Positions 18,870 through 29,160 of a DNA stretch of 64,000 bases are shown piece after piece. Position 1 is the first letter of the stretch. Each line of letters starts with the position of its first letter. The translations under genes were made by a program, and so were the position numbers. Source of the DNA: a virus; IMG/VR virus record IMGVR_UViG_3300042453_005575, positions 1 through 64,000 of that record; one strand, 5' to 3'. The notes beneath the pieces are model-generated. The model did no database searches and was not told where the DNA came from. It saw nothing but the letters and a program-made list of their open reading frames with translations.

Positions 18870-19394
18870 ATGGGATACACACACTATTGGACATTTAATC
18901 CAGATGAAATTGAATCTACCACCGAACTTCGAAAGAATTTTTTGGAAGCATCGCGCCTTGTTCGCAGAGGCTATCTCGCAATCAAGAACAATCCATCCCT
19001 CCACGAAGGAATTGCAGGAGGGGGTTATGACAACGAACTCTGCGAAATCAGAGGAGGGATGGGGACAGGTAATCCCGTTTTCAACGAATCTGAAATCTGG
19101 TTCAACGGAGAGGAAAAATCTGGATTGAGCCATGAAACATTCCACATTCAAATGCAAAAACCTATGAGGGACTTTTGCAAGACCGCAAGAAAACCATACG
19201 ATATTCTTGTGTGTTATGCACTTCTATGTTTTGACCATGTGTTCGATAACAAATTGGTATTTCATTATTCCAGCGATGGAGACAATTACGATTGGAAAGC
19301 GGCATATCGCTTTGCGAGGGAAGTGGGAGGTTTTGAACCTAAAATGTTTGAGGAGGGAATACGAAATCAATTAGCAACAAAACAATTAGAATAA
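18870..19394 (+). CDS. Conserved phage hypothetical protein (MGYTHYW family)
   Basis: MGYTHYW...HETF...FCKTARKPYD...SSDGD motifs. Confidence 0.75.
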   Translation: MGYTHYWTFNPDEIESTTELRKNFLEASRLVRRGYLAIKNNPSLHEGIAGGGYDNELCEIRGGMGTGNPVFNESEIWFNGEEKSGLSHETFHIQMQKPMRDFCKTARKPYDILVCYALLCFDHVFDNKLVFHYSSDGDNYDWKAAYRFAREVGGFEPKMFEEGIRNQLATKQLE

Positions 19395-19401
19395 CAATAA
19401 T

Positions 19402-19974
19402 ATGCCAAACTGGTGCAACAACACAATTCAATTTGAAAGCAGAAAACCTATTCGGGATTTCCTTTCACCATACCTTAATAAACTGGAAGATGGAGGATAT
19501 GAATTTGATTTCAACAAGATCATTCCAGTTCCAGAGGATTTGGTAATCACTTCAGCCCCCGGCACAAAGGACGAGGAACTTCAAGCAAAATACAAAGCAA
19601 ATACCAAAAAACACGGATATGCGAATTGGTATGATTTTTGTATAGAAAGGTGGGGAACCAAGTGGAATGGTAGCGGAGACTTTAGCCATGATGACAAGGC
19701 ATTTATATTTGAAACGGCATGGAGTCCATCACTACAAATCACAGCAGAAATCGCAAAGCAATTACCAGATGATGAAATGCTAATTCACAATTACATTGAA
19801 GAAGGCATGGATTTTTGTGGCAAGTTTGTTGCTGGCAATCTTGGTAGGGACGATGAATTCTATAATAAAATCTCCGATGCTCCCCAATCATTGAAGGATG
19901 AACTTGGATACGAGCCTTGGGAGGAAGAAGAACTTGACGAGGATGAGGATCTGGTGGAAGATTCAAAGCCATGA
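19402..19974 (+). CDS. DUF1281/YubB ferredoxin-like protein
   Basis: MPNWCNN, FDFNKIIPVP, WYDFCIERWGTKWN, FETAWSP. Confidence 0.8.
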   Translation: MPNWCNNTIQFESRKPIRDFLSPYLNKLEDGGYEFDFNKIIPVPEDLVITSAPGTKDEELQAKYKANTKKHGYANWYDFCIERWGTKWNGSGDFSHDDKAFIFETAWSPSLQITAEIAKQLPDDEMLIHNYIEEGMDFCGKFVAGNLGRDDEFYNKISDAPQSLKDELGYEPWEEEELDEDEDLVEDSKP

Positions 19975-20477
19975 CACCATACAAACACACCCAATCAAGC
20001 CAACCCAAGTGGGGTGGTATTCCAGAAGATTACATCGCATTACATGACTGGTTTGATGAAACCAAACAATATACAGGTGATTGGACACATCGTGCGTTGC
20101 GCCATCATTCAGCAGGAGTGCAATGGGCGATCAACGAATTTGGACACACCATTGAAAATTCCAAGGGACAAAAAATCCCAACAAAATTACTTGCAGAACA
20201 GCACTTGATGGAGGATTATGGATTCATTCCAACTCCCAAGGATTACCTTTCACCACTCATTAAAAATCCAGAGAAGTGGATGCTGATGGTGGGGGAAACA
20301 AACCAAACAACAAACATTAGAAATAAAATGAAAATCGAAATACCAGACAAACTCATTTTAGATATTAAAACAGCTTGTCATGGATATGACATACCAGAAA
20401 CTCATCAAGAAATAGAACAAACGATTCAATCTATTTTAACCGCATGGATTGAAACAGAAAAAAACAAATCATGGTGA
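19971..20477 (+). CDS. DUF6915-like protein
   Basis: PYKH..SS..KWGG.PEDY..LHDWFDETK, HRALRHH, EQHLMEDYGFIPT. Confidence 0.75.
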   Translation: MTPYKHTQSSQPKWGGIPEDYIALHDWFDETKQYTGDWTHRALRHHSAGVQWAINEFGHTIENSKGQKIPTKLLAEQHLMEDYGFIPTPKDYLSPLIKNPEKWMLMVGETNQTTNIRNKMKIEIPDKLILDIKTACHGYDIPETHQEIEQTIQSILTAWIETEKNKSW

Positions 20478-20909
20478 GCAACTCTACCTCTCAGTTAGAC
20501 CTAAAACTGAGTCTCTATATAAAAGAGATATAGGAAATTTCGTGATAGTTAATGGGTTGCTTCACGAAATTTTTCCTTAAAACAGAGTATGGGTTTCTAG
20601 AAGACATCCTAAAGCCGAGTAAGCTAAAACTTCTAGACAGGTTTGGTGTTCTGTGTTAAATTGAATTGTTTCAATCACACAGCCTCTTGAGGCGCAACTG
20701 CAGAGGTCCTAATTGCGATGAAAACACCAACTTTTAATTTGAGGTAACCACGAACCCACTGGTAATAGGCATTATACGAAAATGGAAAGTTCGTATGAGT
20801 AAGTCCTGCCTCAAAACTCCTATTACACGTTTTGCGTGTATTAGGAGTTAGAATAAGCATTAATTGTAGATTAAAATAATTTTTTTGTTTTTAGCTAGCA
20901 GTATATTTC

Positions 20910-20986
20910 CGCGACCTCATAAATTTTATACTACTATATTCGAGTAATTTCGATATAGACAGCTCATATACTTTTATGAGGTCGCG
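20910..20986. repeat. 14-bp perfect inverted repeat (possible terminator or RNA helix)
   Basis: CGCGACCTCATAAA (20910-20923) / TTTATGAGGTCGCG (20973-20986), just past the stop of the minus-strand gene. Confidence 0.7.
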
Positions 20987-20993
20987 AAAGTAT

Positions 20994-22289
20994 TTATTCT
21001 TTTATCGCAGTAATTTTAACATCATGACACGTCAGCTGTATCATGGTAAGCAATTGGCTTATGTATTTTTCATTTATAAATGGAATACCTATACCTAAAC
21101 TTAAAAACTTTTGTCGGATACCTTTGGAGAACAGATGCCTTGATACAAAATATTTATCTTCCATTTCAAAAGGAATCGCAATTTTTTCAAAATATATCAT
21201 CCCGCACCAGACAAACTCTTCGTCTCCATTTTTTGTTGTAATTTTTTTGATTTCGCTGATGTCCAAAGTAAAATTCGTTAGCTGCTCCTCTTCATTTCGC
21301 TTTATTAGGAAATAAGCTTTATCGCGTTTTACATAGGTCTTTCCTTGTACATTGAACTGATGTTCTCGAGTTTTCATCCAGTAAGGCATTAATTTCTGGT
21401 TTGAATTTTTTTCTAGCTCTTGAACTTGCGAATAATTCAGTAATGCTACATGATTTTTTAAATCTTCGGATCCCATTTTTCCTAGCATTAGATCAACGAT
21501 GCTTGTTTTGAACTTGGATTTAGAAGCTTCGCTCCATATTTTTATGAGTTGCTCGGTACCCAGCATGTCTGATATACCTACAGCTTTTTCTGTGTTCCAG
21601 TAGTCATTTTTATAGTTCCATGTGTTCCCGGGTTTGACTTTTAACTCATTGAAATCCCGTAGTATTTCAACACCAGATTTTCCATACCAACCGTACTCAC
21701 CGTTCATAAATACAAGTTCTCGTGTATGTATATCGTTTAATTTAGCTAACTCCAACGTACATATATGCTTAGGCGAGCTAAAAGAAGGTATTACAATAGT
21801 TTTTTTATATTTGTATTTATTCTCTAAATTCAACTTAGGGAAAGCTTTCATAACTTTTTCTGTTAAGTAGCCTATCTCATTTGCAATTAAATAAGGCATT
21901 CCCATGTCAACCAGGATATCTTTAAAGTAAGTGACTTTATCAAAATTTCTTGCTCTGGCAACCTGGGCTTCTTGTTTACTTAATAGCCAAACAGATTGAA
22001 AAGTCATTATACGGGTTTGATTTTGGTATAACTTTTTTTCAGCATATTCAGAATATGGAAGATTAAAGTCAAAACAATCAGAAAAATCTCTACATATAGT
22101 GCCATATAGCTTAGGCCAATCATCGATCGGAAAAAAATCAAAAATATTCCCGATAAAATCTTGCGTTTTTGATTTAGCGTACCAGCCAAACAAAGGTAGT
22201 CTTATAAAATCGTATTCCGACGTATGCATACCCAACTTTGATACCACGCTTGGTAGGTTTATTTTACTATTGAATGTATTCAGTAACAT
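20994..22289 (-). CDS. Hypothetical protein (431 aa)
   Basis: Long minus-strand ORF with no recognised motif. Confidence 0.8.
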   Translation of the reverse strand: MLLNTFNSKINLPSVVSKLGMHTSEYDFIRLPLFGWYAKSKTQDFIGNIFDFFPIDDWPKLYGTICRDFSDCFDFNLPYSEYAEKKLYQNQTRIMTFQSVWLLSKQEAQVARARNFDKVTYFKDILVDMGMPYLIANEIGYLTEKVMKAFPKLNLENKYKYKKTIVIPSFSSPKHICTLELAKLNDIHTRELVFMNGEYGWYGKSGVEILRDFNELKVKPGNTWNYKNDYWNTEKAVGISDMLGTEQLIKIWSEASKSKFKTSIVDLMLGKMGSEDLKNHVALLNYSQVQELEKNSNQKLMPYWMKTREHQFNVQGKTYVKRDKAYFLIKRNEEEQLTNFTLDISEIKKITTKNGDEEFVWCGMIYFEKIAIPFEMEDKYFVSRHLFSKGIRQKFLSLGIGIPFINEKYISQLLTMIQLTCHDVKITAIKE

Positions 22290-22309
22290 AGTTATAATGA
22301 GTGTAAATT

Positions 22310-23362
22310 ATGAAATTAGCCTTCGACCAGCAAACAGACTATTCAAATAAAGAATTATATGGCATGTTTGTCAATATAGATCTTCCAGAGTATGTTAAGA
22401 CCGCTAACCTTGACGACAGTTTAGAATTAAGTAATTTACCAAAAACAGCTTTTGCGGATTCTGATAGATGTATATATCCCATTAATACTCCTGCTCGTGT
22501 TTATGTTTCTAATGCTTACTTTATCAATAAAAAGGCTGATATCTCCAAACTATACGGTGAAAGTTACACAAGTCAATTGGAAAACAACATAAAAGAAGCT
22601 GCGTCTATATTCGGGATTACTGAGGACTTGGAAAACTACTCCAGTTCTTTCAACGAGAAAATTGCTGAGGATTACCCTGAGCGTTATTTGACTGAGTTTA
22701 ATTTTGGTGAAAATTCTTTAATCCAACTTTATCCAGTCAAGACAGCTTCGGACTTAACCGAATGCGCCACGCATTTTGTTAAAAATATAAAAAATTATCC
22801 GTTTGATGTGCGTGTTAAAACCGCACAAAATATTGTTAAATTTGCTGAGGAGCTAGAGGTCGAAGATGTTCCTGAGTTGGTTATGAAATATGCCGGTCTT
22901 TATTACCCGGATCTTTCTAACCTCGGCGGAGAAATACGCCGGAGGGCAGCTAAGCTTACTAAAGAGGCTAATAAGAAAATTTACGAGGATGTAGCCAAAG
23001 ACATTTCTAACATGACCGAAATTTCAGAGGTTATGAAAATCGCGGAAGTGCTGTTTCATATTGAGAACATGGAAGGTCTTTATGACAAAACTGCGGTAGC
23101 TAATGTTTTAGGCGACCCTGTGGATTGTATCTTCACCCATTCTATCGAAAAAATTGCAGAAGATCTGGCTTTCATCGATATTCACGGAGATAAATATAAA
23201 GTCGAAGATTTAACAAAAATTAGTCGCGATAAATACGAGGAAGCTTTCGGGTTTGAATTAGACCCGGCCGATATTGAAAAGCTTGCAGAAATTCTTCCTA
23301 CAATGCCTCGTAGTGATGTAAAGTTATTCGAAGAAATCTCAGGCATACGACCTATCCGGTAA
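22310..23362 (+). CDS. Hypothetical protein, possibly head-associated
   Basis: 350 aa, acidic, repeated K-[TIL]-A motifs, near the terminase. Confidence 0.6.
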   Translation: MKLAFDQQTDYSNKELYGMFVNIDLPEYVKTANLDDSLELSNLPKTAFADSDRCIYPINTPARVYVSNAYFINKKADISKLYGESYTSQLENNIKEAASIFGITEDLENYSSSFNEKIAEDYPERYLTEFNFGENSLIQLYPVKTASDLTECATHFVKNIKNYPFDVRVKTAQNIVKFAEELEVEDVPELVMKYAGLYYPDLSNLGGEIRRRAAKLTKEANKKIYEDVAKDISNMTEISEVMKIAEVLFHIENMEGLYDKTAVANVLGDPVDCIFTHSIEKIAEDLAFIDIHGDKYKVEDLTKISRDKYEEAFGFELDPADIEKLAEILPTMPRSDVKLFEEISGIRPIR

Positions 23363-23407
23363 TTTAATAGCGGCGAATATTTTTGTTTTGGCTGAGTTAA
23401 TTTTATT

Positions 23408-23442
23408 TAGACAGCCTTCCAGAATCTGCTATATTTATATGC
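23408..23442 (+). promoter_or_regulatory. Sigma70-type promoter of a probable leaderless mRNA
   Basis: TAGACA-16 nt-TATATT with extended TG, ending 7 nt before the ATG at 23443. Confidence 0.45.
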
Positions 23443-23991
23443 ATGAAGACGGCAAAAGAGATTTTAAAAGATGAAAAAGCTCCTGTAGTAGCTCTACTTT
23501 GGCTAGTGACCAAAGAATACGGAAAAGAGTGCTATGATTGGGAACCTGCCGTATTAAAAGCAGAGCTACAGGAAGATTTCAAATGCGAATTGTCCGATCT
23601 TCAATCAGATAAAATTCAAGCAGGGATAACGCTTCTTACTACAGAGCTATATGAAAATGATATAGCTGTTTTTGAAACATTGAATTATTTGTTTAATCAT
23701 CAATTAGACGAATTTGATATAATGAATCCTTTAGAGCCGGAAGAATTGATCTGCGGGCTCACAGAAGCATATCTAATACGAGGAGAAACTCTTAATTTTT
23801 CTCAAGAAATTAAAGTATACGCAGGGCTAATATTCCGTGATTATGGAATGTGCAAACCTCCAACACTATTCCCTTCGGCTATAATGCAAGAACGTGAAGG
23901 AAATGACGACGATAAAAATGCAGCTCTACAAGAACTATTTGATGAAAAAATACGTATAACAAAAGACTATTTATCTAAATGCACAAGTTAA
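23443..23991 (+). CDS. Hypothetical protein
   Basis: 182-aa ORF. Confidence 0.75.
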   Translation: MKTAKEILKDEKAPVVALLWLVTKEYGKECYDWEPAVLKAELQEDFKCELSDLQSDKIQAGITLLTTELYENDIAVFETLNYLFNHQLDEFDIMNPLEPEELICGLTEAYLIRGETLNFSQEIKVYAGLIFRDYGMCKPPTLFPSAIMQEREGNDDDKNAALQELFDEKIRITKDYLSKCTS

Positions 23992-25157
23992 ACTCACCGA
24001 ATTTCATTACGCATGATTTTTATGAAAAACCGATGGGCTCTAGAGCTGTTAAAATAGAATATCTGTATAATAAACTGTTCGGTAAAATTCCTACTTTGGT
24101 AGGTTTCTCAGATCAATTCGAGCTATCTTCGCTTGAAGCTATTAATAAGCATTTCGACTTATTCAATGGAGATATGAGTAGAGTGGCTGACAAACTTTTG
24201 GAAGAGTGCGTCTGGGTAGGGAAGGAAGGCACTGTTTTTGCGGGCTGCTTGCTACTCACACAACACCGAGCTAATAAGATCGCCAGCGCCCCAGGTATAG
24301 GAAACATAGACTTAGATATACAAGATTTGATGGACGGCTTTATGAGTAGAAGCGAGTTATCCGATGGTATGCCTAATTCTGGAATGTATGTGTCATTGCG
24401 CGCAGCCTGCCATACAAAAGAGCAAGCTGCGGAGATAATAAAACTAATTGACGACTACAAAATAATTGAAAAAAGCAAAATATACATTTTATCAAACAAT
24501 TATGGAGATTTAGACCTAACAGCTTTGCCTATAGAGCCGCTTAACATAGATTTAAATTTAAACTACGGAGATAACTTCAAAGATTTCCACGAGCAATTAG
24601 TGCATAATTTAAACACTAAAACATCAGGATTATATTTATTTTATGGCGAGCCCGGGACAGGGAAATCTTCGTATATAAAACATTTATTAAATGGTGAGGT
24701 AAACCGTAAAATTGCATACATACCTATAAGTTTGGTTGACCGCCTTGTTTCTCCAGACTTCTTACCGCTGCTCATAGCAAATAAAGATTTAATTCTTGTT
24801 ATGGAAGACGCGGAAAAAGCACTGCTATCCAGAGATTCGGACGGGTCAAACACAGATCTAGTGTCGGCTATATTAAATCTGACTGATGGTTTTTTAGGGC
24901 AAGCCATGAACATTTCGATTATTGCCACTTTTAACACCGCTCGAGAAAAAATAGACTCGGCGTTGCTCAGGAAAGGAAGGCTTAAAATGAGTCATGAGTT
25001 TAAAAAACTACCGTTAAAAAACGCTAAAAGTCTTGCCGAGTCTTTAGGAGTGGCTAGTGACTTAATAGAACAAGATATGAGCTTAGCAGATATATATAAT
25101 ATCAACGAAGATACTGGCTATAAAACTGAAGAAAAGAAAAAGATCGGGTTCAATTAG
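23979..25157 (+). CDS. AAA+ ATPase
   Basis: Walker A GEPGTGKS, Walker B LVMEDAE, LNLTDG, DSALLRKGRL. Confidence 0.9.
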   Translation: MHKLNSPNFITHDFYEKPMGSRAVKIEYLYNKLFGKIPTLVGFSDQFELSSLEAINKHFDLFNGDMSRVADKLLEECVWVGKEGTVFAGCLLLTQHRANKIASAPGIGNIDLDIQDLMDGFMSRSELSDGMPNSGMYVSLRAACHTKEQAAEIIKLIDDYKIIEKSKIYILSNNYGDLDLTALPIEPLNIDLNLNYGDNFKDFHEQLVHNLNTKTSGLYLFYGEPGTGKSSYIKHLLNGEVNRKIAYIPISLVDRLVSPDFLPLLIANKDLILVMEDAEKALLSRDSDGSNTDLVSAILNLTDGFLGQAMNISIIATFNTAREKIDSALLRKGRLKMSHEFKKLPLKNAKSLAESLGVASDLIEQDMSLADIYNINEDTGYKTEEKKKIGFN

Positions 25158-26890
25158 AACACGACAGCACCGTCGTAAGGCTCTTCTCTGGCTGATGAAC
25201 TCGGCCCTAATAAGCTTGCATCACCTACAGTCATGTATGCTGCGCAAACAGCAAATACAAGGCTATGCATCGCATCATCAGGTTGCTTCGGGTTATGGTC
25301 ATATATGAGCTCTTGCCCGTACAAGCCGTCTCTGACTTCCATAAAAATATTCAAGATGTCTTGCATATAAACGGAAACATCTTCCCATCTAGGAAACAAT
25401 ATTTTACCTGCTTTGATTTGACGGATAACCAGAGAAATTACGTCAGATCTATGCAGTACCCACCTATTTTGTCTCCAGTCATAGACACCTGGCTCAAAAT
25501 GCTGTATCATCTTTGTTCTTCTATACGTAGCTAGCTGCGATCTTTGAGGGCTAGTTAATTCGCATAATTTAATACCTCGGATAGGGTCCGGGCCAGAGTC
25601 AGAAACACAGAAAGCATTAACACTGTTAGCTCGCAAAGCTATATCTTTTATGTGTGCTTCATGGTCATGCCCTCGGTATATTTTAGCGAAAAAAACCTCA
25701 TAAATTCCGTCTTCCCTCATTGCCCCCATCGTGGCGACAGTTCTTGACTGCAGCATCGATACACCCCAATCTATACCTACAGTGTACACTTTATATCTAC
25801 CTCTATTTTTTCCCAATATGTTTAAATTTCTTTCTTCGCTATCTTCGCTTTGGGGACCCAATACACACACTTTCCTTAATTCTTCTTCTGTTATTGGTTT
25901 TGTTCCGATATCAAAAGTAAGCCCGAATGTTTCATTCATCACTGTTTTTAATTCATATTTACCACTATGAACTTTTTCCCAAATTTCATGCCACTCTTTC
26001 TTATTTTCATTAAAGTGAGGTAGGATAGGCTGCGCTAGGTGATAACCAGTCATTAAAAAATTATTAGGGTTCATTGCCACCCACTCTCCTCGCTTTGCAT
26101 CCAGTAGACCGCCACACTTACTACAACTCAAGCCTTCTTTACCAATCATTTTCATAGGGTCATTACCTTCTGTTAAAGAATTCCAATGCCCGCACGAGCC
26201 GCATTTCATCATCCATTCTAATTGATTCGAAGACTTCCATAACTTATGTATTGTGTTCGTAGAATCTAAAGGAGTTCCTGCGAATATTTCACGTTTATAA
26301 GGCGACATTGCCATTGTTTCTTGAACAATCGGTATTTGGTCGTACTGGATGTCTTGAATTTCATCATATACAACACAATCAATCGCAGGACCACGAGTCC
26401 GAGTAGCGTCGTCTTTTACATATCTAAACAGCACACTACTCCGCGTATCATCAAGAATCTTTTCAAACACATCATTTTTAAACCAGCCTTTTACTAAAAG
26501 TTTTTTAATTTTAGGACTGTCAAATCTCGGAGGTATATAGTTACTTGAAAAATATTTAGTTGTTAGCTCCTGAGGCCCCACATACATCATCTTGAAATAA
26601 TTCCATCTAATTAAATTAAGACAAATAAAATTACTTAATAGTGTAGATTTTAAAGTTTTACGACTACACTTCAATAAAAGCTTTTGAGGCATATGATCGT
26701 AAATATGCTTCAGCATAGGGAAAGCAGTCAGACTCTGCAGTCTACCTTCGTTATCATAAAGATAATTCTCGACAAAGTGCGAAGGAGGCAGTACCGAAAA
26801 AATTAATTGTCGGGCAAGAAACGTGCTTTTAGGACTTTTCTTTCCTAAAAGTTTTTCAATAGTGTCTTTAATTTTATCATGGGCCATCAT
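25154..26890 (-). CDS. terL: Terminase large subunit (GpA-like, with Zn ribbon)
   Basis: KCSRKTLKST, VVYDEIQD, AGTP, CxxC...CxxC, nuclease GIDWG and PDDAMHS; start at 26890 or 26926. Confidence 0.88.
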   Translation of the reverse strand: MMAHDKIKDTIEKLLGKKSPKSTFLARQLIFSVLPPSHFVENYLYDNEGRLQSLTAFPMLKHIYDHMPQKLLLKCSRKTLKSTLLSNFICLNLIRWNYFKMMYVGPQELTTKYFSSNYIPPRFDSPKIKKLLVKGWFKNDVFEKILDDTRSSVLFRYVKDDATRTRGPAIDCVVYDEIQDIQYDQIPIVQETMAMSPYKREIFAGTPLDSTNTIHKLWKSSNQLEWMMKCGSCGHWNSLTEGNDPMKMIGKEGLSCSKCGGLLDAKRGEWVAMNPNNFLMTGYHLAQPILPHFNENKKEWHEIWEKVHSGKYELKTVMNETFGLTFDIGTKPITEEELRKVCVLGPQSEDSEERNLNILGKNRGRYKVYTVGIDWGVSMLQSRTVATMGAMREDGIYEVFFAKIYRGHDHEAHIKDIALRANSVNAFCVSDSGPDPIRGIKLCELTSPQRSQLATYRRTKMIQHFEPGVYDWRQNRWVLHRSDVISLVIRQIKAGKILFPRWEDVSVYMQDILNIFMEVRDGLYGQELIYDHNPKQPDDAMHSLVFAVCAAYMTVGDASLLGPSSSAREEPYDGAVVF

Positions 26891-27070
26891 AAACGACCGA
26901 GCAGGTTGAAAAAAATCATACCGCAAGATACTGCAGTGAATATGTATCGCTTTCTAAGTAGTTCCATAGAGGCATTGCTCAGTATTACTAATCCAGTAAT
27001 GTCTGGCAAGAAAAAATGTTATCGTGTGTACAAAACTAAATAGTATTTTATCAGAGTATTATATAAACAT

Positions 27071-27586
27071 ATGCCTGAAAAATCAGAACAAAAATATACA
27101 AAAAAAATAAAAGCTAGAAGAGGAAGACCTCCAGGGTCTAAAAACAAAAAAATTGTAACCCATAAAAAAAGTAGAGTAGAGAAAGTTAATAATAAAAAAA
27201 CTCGTTCTAGGGTGAAGATAAGTGCAGTCGAAGAAAAACCTGACAAATTAGCTGCATTCAGGTCTAAGCGAGTAAAGCCGTTAACTATAGAAAATCTAAA
27301 ATCCACCCAGGACAAAATTCAAAATTGCAGCCACGATGCAGCTGAAACTGAGGAACTAGATAACCATATTATTATAAAAGCAGTCAAATGGTTATCACAA
27401 CATATGCACCACACCGAAGTTCAGTATTATAAAAGTCATTCAAAAAAAAGAAATATGTCTTTTATAAACTGTATGGTATCCGATATTTTAGGCTTTTTTA
27501 ATGTAAAAGATACAGACTTGCATAAATATGTTAAAACCAACAAATTCATAGTAAATTACACTAACACAAATGGACTTCATAAATAA
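27071..27586 (+). CDS. Basic AT-hook-like DNA-binding protein
   Basis: RRGRPPGSKNKK motif in a K/R-rich N-terminus. Confidence 0.6.
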   Translation: MPEKSEQKYTKKIKARRGRPPGSKNKKIVTHKKSRVEKVNNKKTRSRVKISAVEEKPDKLAAFRSKRVKPLTIENLKSTQDKIQNCSHDAAETEELDNHIIIKAVKWLSQHMHHTEVQYYKSHSKKRNMSFINCMVSDILGFFNVKDTDLHKYVKTNKFIVNYTNTNGLHK

Positions 27587-29156
27587 AATCAACAATTACC
27601 ATAAAGCTTGTTACTCAGGCTTGTTTGTATTAACCCACGAAGAAGGAAGACTTTCTAGGGAGCTATTGAGCTTGAGTGACCGAGACCCGGGAATAGCTAT
27701 ACACGAGTGGGACGCCCAAAACGGGTTAGTTTATAGGATAGGTGCAAATGAAGGTGTCCACCCGGACGAAACAAAATCTACATCTTATTTGTTAGATTAT
27801 ATTCAAAATTATAAACATACGGACACCATTTTTATCTTGAAAGATTTTCATCTGCATTTTGATAAAGTTATTAATATTAGAATGCTTAGGAATGCTTGGA
27901 ATAAGTTAAAACGCCGCAGAAATATGATAATCTTTGTCGGGCACAAATTCGCTGTTCCTGCAGAGCTGCAGAAAGAAATCCAGCTGTTAGACTATAATCT
28001 CCCTGATGCCGCAGCTATTAACGAGAGGCTTACATTCATCAAAGATTCAATCAACAAAGAGCTGCAAGACTCAAATAAGCCTATTATTGAAATAGAGCAA
28101 TCTATTGCTGAGGCATCTGTAGAGGCTGCCAAAGGCATGACCCATGTGGAAGTCGAGAATGCTTTTGCTATGGCGTACGTGACGGCTAAAAAGTTTGATA
28201 GTGTTTTTGTTGACGCCGTTTTTCAAGAAAAAATAGCTCAACTTAAGAAAAATGGCCTACTCACATACATGGAACCAAACATATCATTTGATAATGTGGG
28301 TGGTATGTCCGGGCTTAAAAATTGGTTATTGGCGCGTAAAAAAGCTTATTCAAAAGATGCGCGTAGTTATAATCTACCTTTACCTAAAGGAATGTTGTTG
28401 GCCTCTGTTCCAGGCACTGGCAAATCACTCATATGCAAAGCTATAGCTAAAGAATTTGACTGCCCATTATTTGCGTTAGATCTTGGGTGCATATTCGACT
28501 CTTTAGTCGGCAACAGCGAGAAAAATATGAGAGAAGTTATTAAAACGGTCGAGAGTATAGGTAAGTGCGTAATATTGATAGACGAAATCGAAAAAGCCCT
28601 TAGCAACTCAGCAGTGTCTGGGCAAGGAGATTCAGGCGTAAGCTCACGTATATTCGGCACATTTTTAAGCTGGCTCAATGATCGAACAAATCCTGCTTTT
28701 ATAGTGGCTACAACAAATAATCATACGTTGCTTCCTTCTGCGCTTATTCGCAAAGGAAGATTTGACCAGTTATTCTGGGTAGATCTTCCTAGCGCTGAGG
28801 AGCGGAAAGAAATATTCAATGTGGTTATCAAAAAATACGGAAGAGACCCTAGGGATTTTTCGATAAAAACTTTTGTTTCTGGCGCCGAAAATTTTACAGG
28901 TGCAGAAATCGAAGAGGTATTCAAAGATGCTATGTATAGAGCTTTTGATCGTGGAGAAGAAATAGCAGACAATCATGTAACTGATGTTTTGGCAGATTTC
29001 ATTCCTTTTGCTGTGTCGCATGAGGAAGACTTGAAAATAATGCGGCGACAAGCTCAAGGTAAACTTGCGATGGTCACATCGGAAGGAGACCCTATCGCCG
29101 ACGTAGAAAAAAATATGCGCAAGTTGAGCATTGCGCTAGGAGTAGGAGCAGAATAA
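27570..29156 (+). CDS. Ycf46-like AAA+ ATPase
   Basis: THEEGR, LKDFH, VGGMSGLKNW, PGTGKS, IDEIEKA, RKGRFDQLFWVDLP. Confidence 0.9.
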   Translation: MDFINKINNYHKACYSGLFVLTHEEGRLSRELLSLSDRDPGIAIHEWDAQNGLVYRIGANEGVHPDETKSTSYLLDYIQNYKHTDTIFILKDFHLHFDKVINIRMLRNAWNKLKRRRNMIIFVGHKFAVPAELQKEIQLLDYNLPDAAAINERLTFIKDSINKELQDSNKPIIEIEQSIAEASVEAAKGMTHVEVENAFAMAYVTAKKFDSVFVDAVFQEKIAQLKKNGLLTYMEPNISFDNVGGMSGLKNWLLARKKAYSKDARSYNLPLPKGMLLASVPGTGKSLICKAIAKEFDCPLFALDLGCIFDSLVGNSEKNMREVIKTVESIGKCVILIDEIEKALSNSAVSGQGDSGVSSRIFGTFLSWLNDRTNPAFIVATTNNHTLLPSALIRKGRFDQLFWVDLPSAEERKEIFNVVIKKYGRDPRDFSIKTFVSGAENFTGAEIEEVFKDAMYRAFDRGEEIADNHVTDVLADFIPFAVSHEEDLKIMRRQAQGKLAMVTSEGDPIADVEKNMRKLSIALGVGAE

Positions 29157-29160
29157 CACT

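Noticed and set aside
20675-20860. Minus-strand 61-aa ORF
   Set aside because: Lies in the hairpin-dense region, has no motif, and wobble pairs favour a + strand RNA.
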